A program made the position numbers and the translations under genes. Source: Candidatus Bathyarchaeota archaeon (GTDB lineage: Archaea > Thermoproteota > Bathyarchaeia > Bathyarchaeales > Bathycorpusculaceae). Taken from it: a stretch of DNA of 64,000 bases. How positions within the stretch are numbered: the stretch's first letter is position 1; every line of letters starts with the position of its first letter. The notes under the pieces were generated by a model. It was not told where the DNA came from. It searched no databases and was given only the letters and a program-made list of their open reading frames with translations. Below are positions 22,183 to 32,163 of the stretch, piece by piece. The DNA is taken from contig CAVYHV010000014.1 of NCBI GenBank assembly GCA_963768425.1, positions 32,001-96,000 on the forward strand, read 5' to 3'.

Positions 22183-23471
22183 ATGTGGGAGCAGCAGACA
22201 TAGCATGGGTGTTAATGTCAACGGCGCTTGTGATGCTGATGACGCCAGCTTTAGCTTTCTTCTACGGCGGCTTAGTCCGAAGAAAAAACCTTGTCTCCAC
22301 CCTCGTACAGTGCATGATAATCTTTGCCGTCGTAAGCCTCGTCTGGTTCTTCTGGGGTTACAGCCTCGTCTACGGACCAAGCGTCGGCGGAGTCATAGGC
22401 AACCTTTCACTTTTCGGGTTAAACAACATAACGCTCTAACCAGCGTCTACCCATCCGCTCCAGCCATCCCCGAAATACTTTTCTTCGCGTTCCAACTTAA
22501 ATTCGCGGCAATCACGCCCGCGTTGATTCTGGGTGCATGCGCGGAAAGAATCCGTTTCAAATCTCTTCTGATCTTCGTCGTTTTGTGGTCTACCCTGATT
22601 TATTCGCCTATTGCCATGTGGATATGGAACCCAAACGGGTGGCTTCATGCGCTTGGCGCCGTGGACTTCGCAGGCGGAATAGTCGTGCACATAGCCGCTG
22701 GGGTATCTGCGTTGGCGGCGGCGCTTGGTTCTCGGGAGAAGGCAGGGTTGCGTTTACTGGAAAGACCAGCTTAAATCTTTAGACCAAAAAGGCACCAGAT
22801 AAAACAGTGCCTATGGGCTCTGAGTTTAAGCCAACCAACATCCCCTACGTGATTTTAGGCGCAGGTTTGCTGTGGTTCGGCTGGTTCGGCTTTAACGGTG
22901 GCAGCGCATTAGCAGCTAACAGCATCGCAGTCTCCGCTGTCATAGCGACCAACTTGGCGGCGGCGGCAGCAGCGGTAAGCTGGATGTGATGGATTGGCTG
23001 ATCAAAGGAAAACCTTCAGCAGTCGGCATTGCAGTTGGTGCGGTGTGCGGTTTGGCGGCGATTACGGCGGCTTCAGGCTACGTTAGTTTTTGGGCTGCAG
23101 TAGTCATCGGGTTAGCTGCAGGTATAATCTCCAATTTGGTGGCTAACTGGCGGGCTGGAAGATCAAGAATTGATGATTCACTGGATGTTTTCGCTTGCCA
23201 CGGAATCGGCGGAATCATCGGCGCCATTTCAATTGGTTTGTTCGCAACTGCTGCGGTTACTCCTGGTGTTACGGGCTTAATTTATGGCAACGTTCATCAG
23301 CTTGCGGTTCAGCTTCTGGCTGTGGGTGTGGTGTCTGCCTTCGCATTTTTGGGTACCTACGCGTTGCTGAAGGTAGTTGATCGTTTCTCGCCACTTAGGG
23401 TCAGCGCAAAAGAGGAAGAAGACGGCTTAGACATGAGCCAACACGGCGAAGAAGCGTATCATCTCGAGTAA
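22183..23471 (+). CDS. amtB: ammonium transporter 2 (several frameshifts)
   Basis: Same Amt motifs spread over ORFs 22185-22439, 22205-22774, 22807-22989, 22986-23471. Confidence 0.88.
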
Positions 23472-23586
23472 CGCCCGTTTTCTTTTTGCTTTAATTTTAG
23501 CTGCGGTCAGAGTTGTCAAGAAATCGTGTCTTAGCGCTACTTTTTTATCTTAAATTTCAATGATAAACTTTGAGGTTTACATAAAA

Positions 23587-24162
23587 ATGAAAGTTGTTGC
23601 TTTTAATGGGAGCGCACGCAAAGATGGAAACACCGCGGTGCTTCTAAAACGTGTTCTTAGCGTCCTTGAAGCGGAAGGCATCGAAACTGAGTTGATTCAG
23701 CTTGCAGGAGAGCAAATCCACGGATGCACCGCTTGCCGGGCGTGTTTTGAAACCAAGAATCAGCGCTGCGTAATCACCGATGACAACGTGAACGATTACA
23801 TTCAGAAGATGCTGGCGGCTGACGGCGTGATTTTGGGTTCGCCAACGTATTTTGGGATGATGTCGCCTGAGATGAAGGCGCTTATTGACCGCGCGGGATT
23901 CGTGTGCAGAGCAACGCCTGACGCTTTGAAGTACAAGGTTGGAGCCGCAGTCGCGGTTGCCAGACGTGCAGGCGCGTTAACGACTTTCGACGCGATAAAC
24001 CATTTCTTCCTAATCAACCAGATGATTGTGCCCGGCTCCTCATACTGGAACATCGGCATGGCAAACAGGAAAGGCGAAATCGACAAGGACGAGGAAGCCT
24101 TGAAAACCATGGATGACCTCGGCAAGAACATGGCGTGGCTGATCAAGAAAATAAAAGCTTAA
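23587..24162 (+). CDS. iron-sulfur flavoprotein / NADPH-dependent FMN reductase
   Basis: GSARKDGNT, CTACRAC...C cluster motif, GSPTYF, KALIDR. Confidence 0.9.
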   Translation: MKVVAFNGSARKDGNTAVLLKRVLSVLEAEGIETELIQLAGEQIHGCTACRACFETKNQRCVITDDNVNDYIQKMLAADGVILGSPTYFGMMSPEMKALIDRAGFVCRATPDALKYKVGAAVAVARRAGALTTFDAINHFFLINQMIVPGSSYWNIGMANRKGEIDKDEEALKTMDDLGKNMAWLIKKIKA

Positions 24163-24248
24163 GCGCTACTGATATTAGCGTCTGCCGTTTTTCGTGCCAG
24201 CTATAGGCAACTTAGCCATTGCAATCCTCAAGTCAATTATCGAAAGAT

Positions 24249-25133
24249 TTATCGGGAAACCAGCGCGATTGCGATTACAATGAAGAAAGCGCCTATTGTG
24301 GAGAAGACTGTGATGGGTTCTTTCAGCACCAGAATGGACAAGACAACTGCGACTACTATTTCGGACAGAAGCAGAACGGTTGAGGTGGAAGCCGACAGGT
24401 GCTTTAGCCCTTCAAGCCAAAGATAGTACGGTATAACCCAGCATACGATGGCCGTGTAAAAAACCGCCAGCCACGCGGACCCGCTTAAGGCAAAAAATCG
24501 TTGACCCTGCCAAAAAAGAAAATGGCAAAATTGAAAGCATCGTGAATACAAGAACCCAGGTCATGGATTGGAAAGTCGCCGAAGTGGAGCTGTTAAGCAG
24601 CCGCTTGTTGTAAACCATGAAAATCGCCCAAACAACGCCTGAAACGACAAGCATGACGTCGCCGATTATTTGGCCGCCCATTAAACTTTGGAAATCCAAA
24701 TTCGTGCTCACAAAAACAATTCCCGACCAACCCGAAAAGGACGCCGAGGATCTTTGTTCTCGAGAAACGTTCCCCAAGCAGCTTAGGACTCAACAGCGCA
24801 ACCCACATAGCGCTTAAGTTTATGAAAAGTGCGGCTTTCGCTGCCGTAGTATAATTCATGCCTACGTACTGCAGAAGGTAGCCGGCGGCGTTTGCGATGC
24901 CGAGGAAAACCAGAAGCCTGGTGTCCGCCTTCTTGAATTCAAGCTTCCTAAGAAGCAGCATGACAACTACCAGCGAAACGGAGGAAACTAGGAAGCGCCA
25001 GAAGAGAAAAGCAAAAGGGTCAGTGTATGCTAAGCCAATCTTGATTATCGGGAAAGACGTGCCCCACAAAGCCCCAGCCAAAATGGTGTAAAGACACGGC
25101 TTTGCTTTTTTGGCTAAACAGTTGCTTTGGCAA
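24249..25133 (-). CDS. EamA/DMT family transporter (frameshifted)
   Basis: LWGTSFPIIKIGL, YTTAAKAALF, GDVMLVVS, YYLWLEGLK fragments in three frames. Confidence 0.85.
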
Positions 25134-25290
25134 ATTCCTTCCCTTTTTGCTTTCTTCTACGCTTGTTATCTTTATAAAGAATTATTTGTCAGCTCAAAAG
25201 TTTCAAACATGGGGCTTCCGTTTTGAAGAAGCGAATTTTTTTCCTTTGTGTTTTAGATTGCTTTCTTGAAATAGATCTTGTTTTGGTTGC

Positions 25291-25370
25291 AGGATGAGAC
25301 TTTTTTTGACTTTATTTGACACAAATTGACATAAATTGACACATTTTGACTTTATTTGAAACAATTTGAC
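25291..25370 (-). repeat. 8 x 10-bp phased array, TTGAC core (GTCAA on minus strand)
   Basis: aggatgaGAC tttttTTGAC tttatTTGAC acaaaTTGAC ataaaTTGAC acattTTGAC tttatTTGAa acaatTTGAC. Confidence 0.9.
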
Positions 25371-25580
25371 AATCTTGGAATAAAACAGAAGAATTCGCAA
25401 GCTGTTAACTTGAGAAGTAATTTTTAAAGACGCGCCCGAAAAAGAAAAGAGCGATTCTTGCCATATTGCGTCTGGAACGTTTAACCGCGAGTTTTTGCAA
25501 TATCTTTTGGGGTGCAGCAATTTTTCTTTGTGAAATGGGTTGCTTTCTTCGAACAGGGTTTGGATTGGTTGCAACTGGTC

Positions 25581-25632
25581 TCCCAAAACATCTCAAAACA
25601 TACCAAAACATCCCTAAACATCCCAAAAAGTC
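25581..25632 (+). repeat. 5 x 10-bp phased array (TCCCAAAACA-like; RTC core across unit borders)
   Basis: tcccaaaaca tctcaaaaca taccaaaaca tccctaaaca tcccaaaaag tc. Confidence 0.8.
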
Positions 25633-25750
25633 GCAGAGGAAGAAGCGTTCAGAAGTGTGCCCCAAGTGGTTTTTCGGCGTTTTTGGCGGCAGATTTTTTT
25701 TGCGTTTTGGGTTGCTTTTTTGTTGAGAAGATTGAATAATCTGCAGGCTC

Positions 25751-25850
25751 CGTCCCTTAAAGTCCACTAAAGTCGTTTAAAGTCCATTACCGTCCCCTAA
25801 AGTCAACAGAAGTCCATTAAAGTCCTTTACCGTCACTTACCGTCAAAAAA
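25751..25850 (+). repeat. 10 x 10-bp phased array with invariant GTC core
   Basis: cGTCccttaa aGTCcactaa aGTCgtttaa aGTCcattac cGTCccctaa aGTCaacaga aGTCcattaa aGTCctttac cGTCacttac cGTCaaaaaa. Confidence 0.92.
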
Positions 25851-26049
25851 CAAAGTGGGAGCTAATGGTTTTGGTGCAGAAATTTTCTTTGCGTTTTGTT
25901 ATGAAAAACTTTCTTTACCACTATCCAAACGGTGCATAGACAAAATATCCCGCACGATTGGGTTTGTGTTCTGTGCCGCGGAAGAAAGCCTGAGCGATAA
26001 GTTCCCAAGACATATGAGAAATAGAACGTTAGATCACTGCTTTTTCGGC

Positions 26050-26976
26050 TCAAGTCGCTGTTTTGTGTGGTTCCGCTGGATTTTTTCGCGTTTTTATTAG
26101 TCCGAATGCTCGACCTTCGTCCTTAAAGTTGACGGCGATTAAAACGGATAGAGTAACGAGTGGGATTAGCGAGTAATAGAAGAGCGGTGTTGCCACGGCG
26201 TTGGAGAAAACCATCGTTGCAAAGCTTGAGCCTATTCCTGAAAACAGCAGCATCCCGTTTGACAGCAGAAGCGATACTGCGGCGCTTGCGCTGGCAAGTT
26301 TGAGGTTTTTGCGGTTGTACGAGACGAAGAGTGGGATGGCTAGAAGCCCGAATCTGGGGTCAAATAGTCCGAAGGCGAAGGCTATTCCGGAGAGGACTGG
26401 TTTGTTGCTCCAGCCAAAGTAGAAGCAGAGCAGAAGCAGAAAGGTTATGAATACTTTGGCTTGTCCTTCTCCCCACTGCCAATAGTAACTTGGCGAAAGC
26501 CCCCACTGCGTTCCTGGAAGGGGCAGAAGAAGGGCAATAACTATGACTATGATTGTTACAGCAAGAGGTTTGCCGCTTAGGATTTTGTAGATGAAAAACG
26601 CCATGAAAGGAAGCATCAGGAACTGAACGATGTCAAAAGCTGTAAGAGCCTGCTGATAGCCTAATGCGAGAAATGGCGAAACAAGGAGCAGAAAGGAAGG
26701 CAGGTACTTGTAGGTTTCAGGGTGTGGGAGGATTATTGGTTCCCCATCGTTTAGTGTACCATTGGCGTAAATGTGGGATGGGTTGTTCCAGAGGCGCCAG
26801 GCGCCAATGTAGTAGGCGGAGAAGTCTTTTGCTAAGATTGGTGCGGTCGGGGTAATTCCATTTGATGGAGTGTAGGTCTGTGGGTAAGCTAAAATCAAAG
26901 TGTAGAGGTTCAGGGCGATGACGACGGCGACCGCTATGATTAGTATGGTTTTGGATGATGGTCGTTTGAATTTCAT
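26050..26976 (-). CDS. GT-C fold membrane glycosyltransferase (GT87/DUF2029-like)
   Basis: DFSAYY...W, YKYLPSF, WGEGQ, multiple TM helices. Confidence 0.7.
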   Translation of the reverse strand: MKFKRPSSKTILIIAVAVVIALNLYTLILAYPQTYTPSNGITPTAPILAKDFSAYYIGAWRLWNNPSHIYANGTLNDGEPIILPHPETYKYLPSFLLLVSPFLALGYQQALTAFDIVQFLMLPFMAFFIYKILSGKPLAVTIIVIVIALLLPLPGTQWGLSPSYYWQWGEGQAKVFITFLLLLCFYFGWSNKPVLSGIAFAFGLFDPRFGLLAIPLFVSYNRKNLKLASASAAVSLLLSNGMLLFSGIGSSFATMVFSNAVATPLFYYSLIPLVTLSVLIAVNFKDEGRAFGLIKTRKNPAEPHKTAT

Positions 26977-27264
26977 CGTTTACCCGCGTTTGACGATTTT
27001 TGTTTAATACTACTGTCGGAACTTTTATACTTTAGGCACTTCTACCGAACCAACTAGATATAGAGTCTATTTGGAAAAGGCGTTTAACGCAAAGAGGTGG
27101 CACTTTTGAGTAAGATAACGGACGAAATCCAAGCATGGCTACTCTTCTCCTTCGACTGCGAAAACAGCTAATCCGACTCTTTGAGCGTCATTATGCATAG
27201 AATTGTCATAACGAGAAAGTGTTTATGTAACTATCGATTAACCCTAAGGTTGAAGGAATGCTTT

Positions 27265-27564
27265 TTGTCGTCAGATGAAGAGTTAATGAGAAAAGCAAGG
27301 CTAAGAGCTTATGCGAAGCTTGGTTTCTACATCCACTTCGGAGTCTACATTGGTGTAAACGTGATGTTGTTTTTTGTTTGGTGGTTTACTCGTGGAAACA
27401 CTTCTATTCCTTATGCTTCTTTTCCGTGGTTCATCTTTCCACTAGTCGGATGGGGAATAGGAGTTGTCGCTCATTACATAGGAGTTTTCGCTCGAACAGG
27501 TGTCACAGACAGAATGACGGAGCAAGAATACAGAAGACTTAAAGAAGAACAAGGAGAGCAATGA
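27265..27564 (+). CDS. 2TM domain protein
   Basis: GFYIHFGVYIGVN...WFIFPLVGWGIGVVAH; probable TTG start 27265. Confidence 0.8.
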   Translation: MSSDEELMRKARLRAYAKLGFYIHFGVYIGVNVMLFFVWWFTRGNTSIPYASFPWFIFPLVGWGIGVVAHYIGVFARTGVTDRMTEQEYRRLKEEQGEQ

Positions 27565-27776
27565 ATCGCAAGTTCTTCTTCCCAAACGCTTCATAGTCAA
27601 TGTATTGAACATGTTCCAGTCTACTTCTTAATCCTTGTTTCTGTTGGTGCGACAGAAGTGACTTAGTTGTTTTCCCATAATAATTGAGTAATGTATTACA
27701 GAAGTAATACGCATGAAAACGCTTTTATTCAATTTCTCCATTCCCAACCCGTAAAGCCAAATGTAGGATAAATTAG

Positions 27777-28403
27777 ATGCTGCCCCAAAAGCAAAGCAAA
27801 GCAAAACAAGCCTCAATAATGGCGATTGTAGCCGCCCTCTACGCCATCTTATTCTATGGATCAGCAATAGGCATGTTACCGGGATTTACGCTTCTTTACT
27901 TACCAGTCATCCTTCTAGGCGTTCTCCCAGTCTGGTTCGGCTGGCCAGGACTAGTCGGTAGCATGATCGGCGCTTTCATCGGAGGACTGTACGTTGAAGG
28001 AGTGCCTCCGTATGCCGCATGGGTAGAATCAGTTACCGCATTAATCATCTTCGGCTTAAACTGGATTCTCATACCGCGCAATGCTATAGAAGCCAGAACA
28101 AAAAGAAACCTACTTCTCCTAATGGTCGTTTACGCAGTCACCCTTTTCATAGGCACCACATACATCCTCTGGCAATACGTATACCTCTTCAACATCGGAA
28201 TCCTCCCATTCAATTTCATAGGCCAATTTTCCTTTTCAATCGTCCTGGTCTCCACATATAGCCTAAACTTGGTCATCCAACTTGCCGTATGCCCTGCTTT
28301 GCTTAGAACCGTGACGCCCAAGCTAAAAAGCTGGGGAATATATTCTGGGAACTTCGCTCAGTGGAGAAGCACAAGGGCTAGAACACAAGCAAACCAAGCC
28401 TAA
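27777..28403 (+). CDS. integral membrane protein, possible ECF S-component
   Basis: AIVAALYA, FGWPGLVGSMIGAFIG; about six TM helices. Confidence 0.6.
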   Translation: MLPQKQSKAKQASIMAIVAALYAILFYGSAIGMLPGFTLLYLPVILLGVLPVWFGWPGLVGSMIGAFIGGLYVEGVPPYAAWVESVTALIIFGLNWILIPRNAIEARTKRNLLLLMVVYAVTLFIGTTYILWQYVYLFNIGILPFNFIGQFSFSIVLVSTYSLNLVIQLAVCPALLRTVTPKLKSWGIYSGNFAQWRSTRARTQANQA

Positions 28404-28498
28404 AACGCACTTTGCCCGAAAGCAAAAAGCATTGCCACATACGTGTGGATAACGCTTTTAAGTTATCAATGACCTAAAGGCACCTTAAGTGCCAAGAA

Positions 28499-29047
28499 AT
28501 GAAAATCAAAGTTATCAAACTTACCCCAGAACAACTTATGAAGCTTCTGCAGGGAGAAAAATCAGCGTTTGCTTCAAACCTGCCTGCTGACGCCGAACTT
28601 TTAGATTTGAAGTTTGACTTGTTCTTCAGGCAGGTGCTCGCCGTGGTTAGAAGCGACACTTTTGAGGATGTCGCCGAAGGCTGCCCAACCCCCGAGTTGA
28701 AACTGGCAAAAACCATGGAGCAAAAAGCCGCTCTCAAACCCACCGCCACTTTCAAAGCCGAACCAAAAGTTGAGCCTAAGCAGGCGCCTGCGAAGACAAT
28801 CCAAGTCACGCAGCCTACCAAATCCCCCACGAAATGGGAAAACGAGTTCAGCCCTGACCAACGCAAACTGCTCAGCTTCCAAGTCAAAGAGGACTGCGTT
28901 GTGGTTAAGCCAATTCAGTTTTTGAAGGCCGAATGGGAAGACATAAACGAAGTGGTCCGAAGCTTAGGCGGCAAATGGGTCAAAGGAGACATCATAAGCT
29001 ACTGGGAAATACCCACAAATCTGGATTCGCAGCACGTTTCGAGTTAA
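28499..29047 (+). CDS. hypothetical protein
   Basis: 182-aa ORF, two domains with low-complexity linker, GGKWVKG..SYWE end. Confidence 0.7.
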   Translation: MKIKVIKLTPEQLMKLLQGEKSAFASNLPADAELLDLKFDLFFRQVLAVVRSDTFEDVAEGCPTPELKLAKTMEQKAALKPTATFKAEPKVEPKQAPAKTIQVTQPTKSPTKWENEFSPDQRKLLSFQVKEDCVVVKPIQFLKAEWEDINEVVRSLGGKWVKGDIISYWEIPTNLDSQHVSS

Positions 29048-29100
29048 AAACGAAAATTCTTTAAACAAGCTGGCTATATTCAGAGTAGGGTTGTACCAAG

Positions 29101-29661
29101 ATGTCTAAAACCGATAAACCATTAACTAAAAGTGCACTTGTCTCTATGCAGGTAATTGATTCTTCTGGTCATTTAGTTGGAAAAGTTAAAGATGTCGCCT
29201 TTGTCGTTGGACAACTGGGCATTTCACTTTCAGTGGAAAACGTGGGTGGAGAAATCCAATGCATCCAGTGGCAAGACATCCAGGCAGCCTCAGATTTCAT
29301 ATTGCTGAAGCCTTCATTTTCGGGTGGCAATAAGGGAGAATGCAAAAAAGATGAAGCTGAAACAGTCCAAGCTTCACAGGCAATGCAAACTCAGCCGGTA
29401 GAAGCTAAAAAACAATCTGCCCAGCCGCTTTGTCCAACCTGCAATAAACCGCTTACTTGGATTCCACAGTACAGCCGATGGTACTGCTACAACGACAAGA
29501 AATACGTTAATCCCCCGGAGGATTGGGAAAAAGTATTCAATGAAAAGTCCACATCCAACGCCCAAAGCAGCCAGCCATTATGCCCAACCTGTAACCAGCC
29601 TCTCACATGGATCCCACAGTACAGCCGATGGTACTGCTACAACGACAAAAAATACGTTTAG
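29101..29661 (+). CDS. PRC-barrel protein with duplicated C-terminal Zn-ribbon-like repeat
   Basis: MQVIDSSGHLVGKVKDV...IQWQDIQAASDFILL; CPTCNxPLTWIPQYSRWYCYNDKKYV twice. Confidence 0.8.
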   Translation: MSKTDKPLTKSALVSMQVIDSSGHLVGKVKDVAFVVGQLGISLSVENVGGEIQCIQWQDIQAASDFILLKPSFSGGNKGECKKDEAETVQASQAMQTQPVEAKKQSAQPLCPTCNKPLTWIPQYSRWYCYNDKKYVNPPEDWEKVFNEKSTSNAQSSQPLCPTCNQPLTWIPQYSRWYCYNDKKYV

Positions 29662-29726
29662 AACCAGCCCTCAACATTTTCTATCAGAACTTTCTAAACA
29701 TTTATTTCAATTATCTTAGATCGCAT

Positions 29727-30152
29727 TTAACGTATAATTTGAAGAAACTCAGTCACAGAAATAATCCGCGTTTTCTTATAGGAGGCTAGTTTGAGAAGGT
29801 GCTTATCGCCGCTGACTAAGTATTGGGCGTGAGCTGTGTGAGCACATTCTAAGAATTTGTCGTCTGAAGGATGTTCTTTTACCACTTCAATCTTTTTGGT
29901 AACATTAACAAATTTGCTTATCTTCAAGATGGCTTCAATTAAATCTTCGCCGCTTAAGCCTTGAGCTCGGTAGATTTTGCTGAGTTTAGGATAAATTAAG
30001 ACGCGACTGATTTCAGCGACTATCTCTTCAGAGATTAACAAGGCGATTTTGCCTTGCTCGGCCGTTTTTATTATATCTGCAGGTTTGCCGCCCCAAAGGA
30101 GCGCTGAAACCCAAACGTTTGTGTCAAGAACTGTTTTTGTCTCTTGCCTCGT
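29727..30152 (-). CDS. PIN-domain toxin (VapC-like)
   Basis: Frame extends upstream of the listed ORF to VLDTNVWVSALLWGG; DDKFLECA, LVSGDKHLL; no ATG, ACG at 30152. Confidence 0.85.
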   Translation of the reverse strand, partial: TRQETKTVLDTNVWVSALLWGGKPADIIKTAEQGKIALLISEEIVAEISRVLIYPKLSKIYRAQGLSGEDLIEAILKISKFVNVTKKIEVVKEHPSDDKFLECAHTAHAQYLVSGDKHLLKLASYKKTRIISVTEFLQIIR

Positions 30153-30393
30153 CGATGATGGCGTTTATGCCTTCCTCCGAAAGACCCATCTGCCTGACTC
30201 TTGTCCACACTGGCTTCATGGTTTCTTCAAAAGATTTGTCAATTATTTTTTTGAGAACAATAGTATCGTCAATTGCTATTGCTAAGATTTTTTCGCCTTT
30301 CTTGAGGTTAGCCGCTTTTCTCACATTAGCAGGAATAACCACTTGTCCCTTGGAGGAAACCTTAGTCGTTGAAGCTTCGATCATGTTTAGCAT
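30124..30393 (-). CDS. AbrB/MazE/SpoVT antitoxin
   Basis: TTKVSSKGQVVIPANVRK; overlaps the PIN gene. Confidence 0.9.
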   Translation of the reverse strand: MLNMIEASTTKVSSKGQVVIPANVRKAANLKKGEKILAIAIDDTIVLKKIIDKSFEETMKPVWTRVRQMGLSEEGINAIIDEARDKNSS

Positions 30394-30406
30394 CACACAG
30401 AAAACG

Positions 30407-30422
30407 GTAAGAACATTCTTAC
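30407..30422. promoter_or_regulatory. palindromic operator of the TA operon
   Basis: GTAAGAA-CA-TTCTTAC directly downstream of the minus-strand TATA GTTATAAG. Confidence 0.65.
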
Positions 30423-30585
30423 TTATAACATTGGCGGATGTGGAGATAGCCTTCGCCTCAGTTTCCTGCGTTTGTTGTTGTGCAGTGGCAATCACTTAGT
30501 TTTATGAACCTTGAAAACTAAGCAAGTATGCGCAGACTGCCCTGTTTCTCGACCATACAAATTAGCCTGTTACGAACGATCTGAA

Positions 30586-32163
30586 ATGCAAAACATAATC
30601 ACCTCAAAATCGGTAATTTCAAAGAATATTGAACGCAAGACTGGAAAGGATGTTTGGCGGGACAACCTGCGCTTAGCCGTTTTTGCAGCTGACAAGGTTC
30701 GAAGCACCTTAGGTCCCAAGGGCGCGTACAAACTTATCTCTTATAATCGTGGTCCTGAGCAAGTTGTTAAGGTGACCAAGGATGCCATCGCGATTTTGGA
30801 TGAGCTCGCATTACTGTATCCGCCTGCCGTTGTAGTTTCTGAAGCGGCGAAGATGCATCGGGATGAAGCAGGGGACGGAGTGGCGTCTTTTGTTGTTTTT
30901 TTGTCAGCGCTGCTTAGGAACGCAGACGACCTTTTAAACATGAAAATTCACCCCAACACCATTATCCATGGCTACTATTTGGCTCATCAACAAGCGCTGA
31001 AAATAATAGATAAACAGGCGAAACCGCTAGGCAGCGTAACCAGCCACGTCTTAGATATTGTGGATTCGAAAAGAGGCCTATTAACCCCTCAAACTCGCAC
31101 AATGATTATGGAGGCATACCGATCTGCATCCAGACAAGGAAAATTCGACAAAGACAACATCAGATTTATAAAAAAGCCAGGCTGCTGCCGCGAAGAATCA
31201 GCCTTAATCAAAGGCGTAGTGCTGAAAAAAGAAAAATCGCACCCTAACATGCCCGATCGACTCAAAGCGTTGCGAATAGCTATCACCAGCGAGAAACCGG
31301 GAATAAACCGATTGGAACTCAAAATGAAAAGTGAAGGCCCAACCCAGATTAGGCTGAAAATCAAAAGCGCCGATCAACTGGCGGCATACAAGGAAGCTGA
31401 AGACAAACTGAAGCTGGAACCGCTGAAGAAGCTGGCTATGCATAAAGTTAACGTTTTGATGTGCGAGCAGCTGCTTGACGCGAGTTTGAAGGATAGGTTA
31501 GTCGCGGAAGGCGTTTTCGCTTTGGAGCGGGTTGACAAAAAAGATACTGAAGCGGTTGCAAAAGCCACTGGAGCCCGAATTGTCGGTCAACTTTCAGAGC
31601 TTGCAGAAGAGGATTTGGGCGCGGCGGATGAACTTTACATTGACCAAATTGGCCTCGAGAAAACAGTCACCATTCAAGGCTGCGGGGGAACAACTTTTAT
31701 GCTAAGGGGAACAACGCCCCAGTCGATTGACGAATTGGAAGCTGCAATTCGAAACAGCCTAACCATCTTGAAGCTGCTGGGCGATGACAGTAGGGTTTTG
31801 CCTGGCGGCGGCGCAACAGAAACCGAAATGGCGCAAGAACTCAAACAGTACGCTAAAACCTTCGCAGGTAGGGAACAGGTTGCGATTGAGTTTTTCGCCG
31901 ATGCCTTGATGGAGTGCCCACGATGTTTAGCGGAGAATTACGGTTTTAACCCAGTGGACACAATGATTGAGCTTGGAAACCGCCACGCGAATGGTTTTTG
32001 CAATTGCGGCGTGGCAGAGCATGGCTGCGAAGACAACGTGTGCTTAGAGCCCGCAAGAGTGAAACGGTCAATCATCAGAAGAGCTTACGAAGTTTCGGCG
32101 TTTATGCTTCGCATCGATGAACTATTGATTTCCAAAGAAATTGCCAAGTTTCACAAGAAATAA
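30586..32163 (+). CDS. divergent group II chaperonin (thermosome/TCP-1-like)
   Basis: VRSTLGPKG, VTKDA, AGDGVAS, HPNTII, HPNMP, VLPGGGATE, LRIDE. Confidence 0.88.
   Translation: MQNIITSKSVISKNIERKTGKDVWRDNLRLAVFAADKVRSTLGPKGAYKLISYNRGPEQVVKVTKDAIAILDELALLYPPAVVVSEAAKMHRDEAGDGVASFVVFLSALLRNADDLLNMKIHPNTIIHGYYLAHQQALKIIDKQAKPLGSVTSHVLDIVDSKRGLLTPQTRTMIMEAYRSASRQGKFDKDNIRFIKKPGCCREESALIKGVVLKKEKSHPNMPDRLKALRIAITSEKPGINRLELKMKSEGPTQIRLKIKSADQLAAYKEAEDKLKLEPLKKLAMHKVNVLMCEQLLDASLKDRLVAEGVFALERVDKKDTEAVAKATGARIVGQLSELAEEDLGAADELYIDQIGLEKTVTIQGCGGTTFMLRGTTPQSIDELEAAIRNSLTILKLLGDDSRVLPGGGATETEMAQELKQYAKTFAGREQVAIEFFADALMECPRCLAENYGFNPVDTMIELGNRHANGFCNCGVAEHGCEDNVCLEPARVKRSIIRRAYEVSAFMLRIDELLISKEIAKFHKK

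Noticed and set aside
25291-25850. CRISPR array interpretation of the periodic repeats
   Set aside because: Period is 10 bp with a 3-5 bp core; there are no 25-40 bp repeats with unique spacers and no cas genes in the window
25203-26100. Overlapping 63-127 aa ORFs across the array region
   Set aside because: Low-complexity translations of A/T tracts on both strands with no motifs
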